A stretch of DNA of 63,735 bases from Rhina ancylostomus (lineage: Eukaryota): the NCBI GenBank assembly GCA_030265395.1, contig JARFYF010000104.1:40377734-40441468 (forward strand), in the 5' to 3' direction. The stretch's first letter is position 1, and each line of letters begins with the position of its first letter. This document shows positions 63,050-63,735 of the stretch, in pieces. The position numbers were made by a program, and so were the translations under genes. A model generated the notes under the pieces. The model was not told the DNA's origin. It searched no databases and saw nothing but the letters and a program-made list of their open reading frames with translations.

Positions 63050-63735
63050 TTCAGGTGGATGCAAAATTGGCTCGGAGGTAGTAAGCAGAGGGCAGTGGTT
63101 GAAGGTCATTTCTCAGAATGGAGACCAGTGACTAGTGGTGTGCCACAGAGATCGGTGTTGGGACCCTTGTTATTCGTTATTTATATAAGTGATTTGGATG
63201 TGAATGCACAAGGCTTGATCAGCAAATCTGCAGATGACAGGAAATTAGGAGATCTTGTTGATAGTGAAGAATGTTATCATAGATTACAGGGGCATCTTGA
63301 TCAGTTAGGGAAGTGGGCCAAGGAGTGGCAAATGGATTTCAATACAGATAAGTGTGAGGTGAAGCATTTTGAAAAGTCATGCCAGACTAGGACTTGTACT
63401 ATGGATGGTAAGGCACTAGGGAGTGTAATGAAACAGAGGGATCGAGGAGTACAAGTTCGTTGAAAGTGGCATCACAGATAAACAGGGTGGTGAAAATGGT
63501 GTTTAGGATGCTGGCCTTCATCAGTCAGGGCACTGAGTATAGGAGTTGAGACATTATGTTACAGTTGTATACATCGTTGGTGAAGCTGCACTTGGAGTAC
63601 TGTGTACAGCTTTGGTCACACTGTTATAGGATAGATGTGGTTAAACTGGAAAGAGTGCAGAAAAGATTTGCGAGGATGTTGCCAGGACGAGAGGGCCTGA
63701 GTTATAGGGAGAGGTTGGACAGGCTAGGTCTGCTC
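63050..63735 (+). mobile_element. CR1 LINE ORF2 fragment (RT region) running off the window end
   Basis: QNWLGGSKQRAVVEG..SEWRPVTSGVPQRSVLGPLLFVIYISDLD...ISKSADDRKLG...WQMDFNTDKCEV. Frameshifted downstream. Confidence 0.88.

Overview
This is AT-rich vertebrate genomic DNA from a gapped draft assembly with 10 N-gaps. The repeat content (HE1/V-SINE-like and Deu-domain SINEs, CR1, Rex1/Babar-like, RTE and Penelope-like remnants) points to an elasmobranch (shark or ray). The main content is 24 consecutive internal coding exons of an SVEP1/polydom-family gene on the minus strand, from 51833 down to 6204. All are GT-AG bounded and phase-compatible, totalling 3726 nt (about 1242 codons) with no stops. 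They encode a Cys-rich/ephrin-receptor-like repeat, CCP1-3, two HYR domains, CCP4, a linker, three ephrin-receptor-like repeats, six EGF repeats and the first part of the pentraxin domain. The gene's 5' and 3' ends lie outside the window. Unexpected items: (i) a single intact ICA1/ICA1L exon on the plus strand (1880-2005) inside what should be an SVEP1 intron, with signs of a repeat-mediated misjoin or ectopic insertion; (ii) Penelope-derived minimal hammerhead-ribozyme motifs in introns, one with an intact core on the SVEP1 sense strand; (iii) a duplicated splice donor that would add a stop codon; (iv) an apparently relocated furin-type motif and general divergence suggesting a possible SVEP1 paralogue; (v) several inverted and tandem duplications. 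I see no support for a prokaryote-type novel system, CRISPR array or structural RNA gene. Comparisons with human proteins and repeat consensuses are from memory, not from a search.
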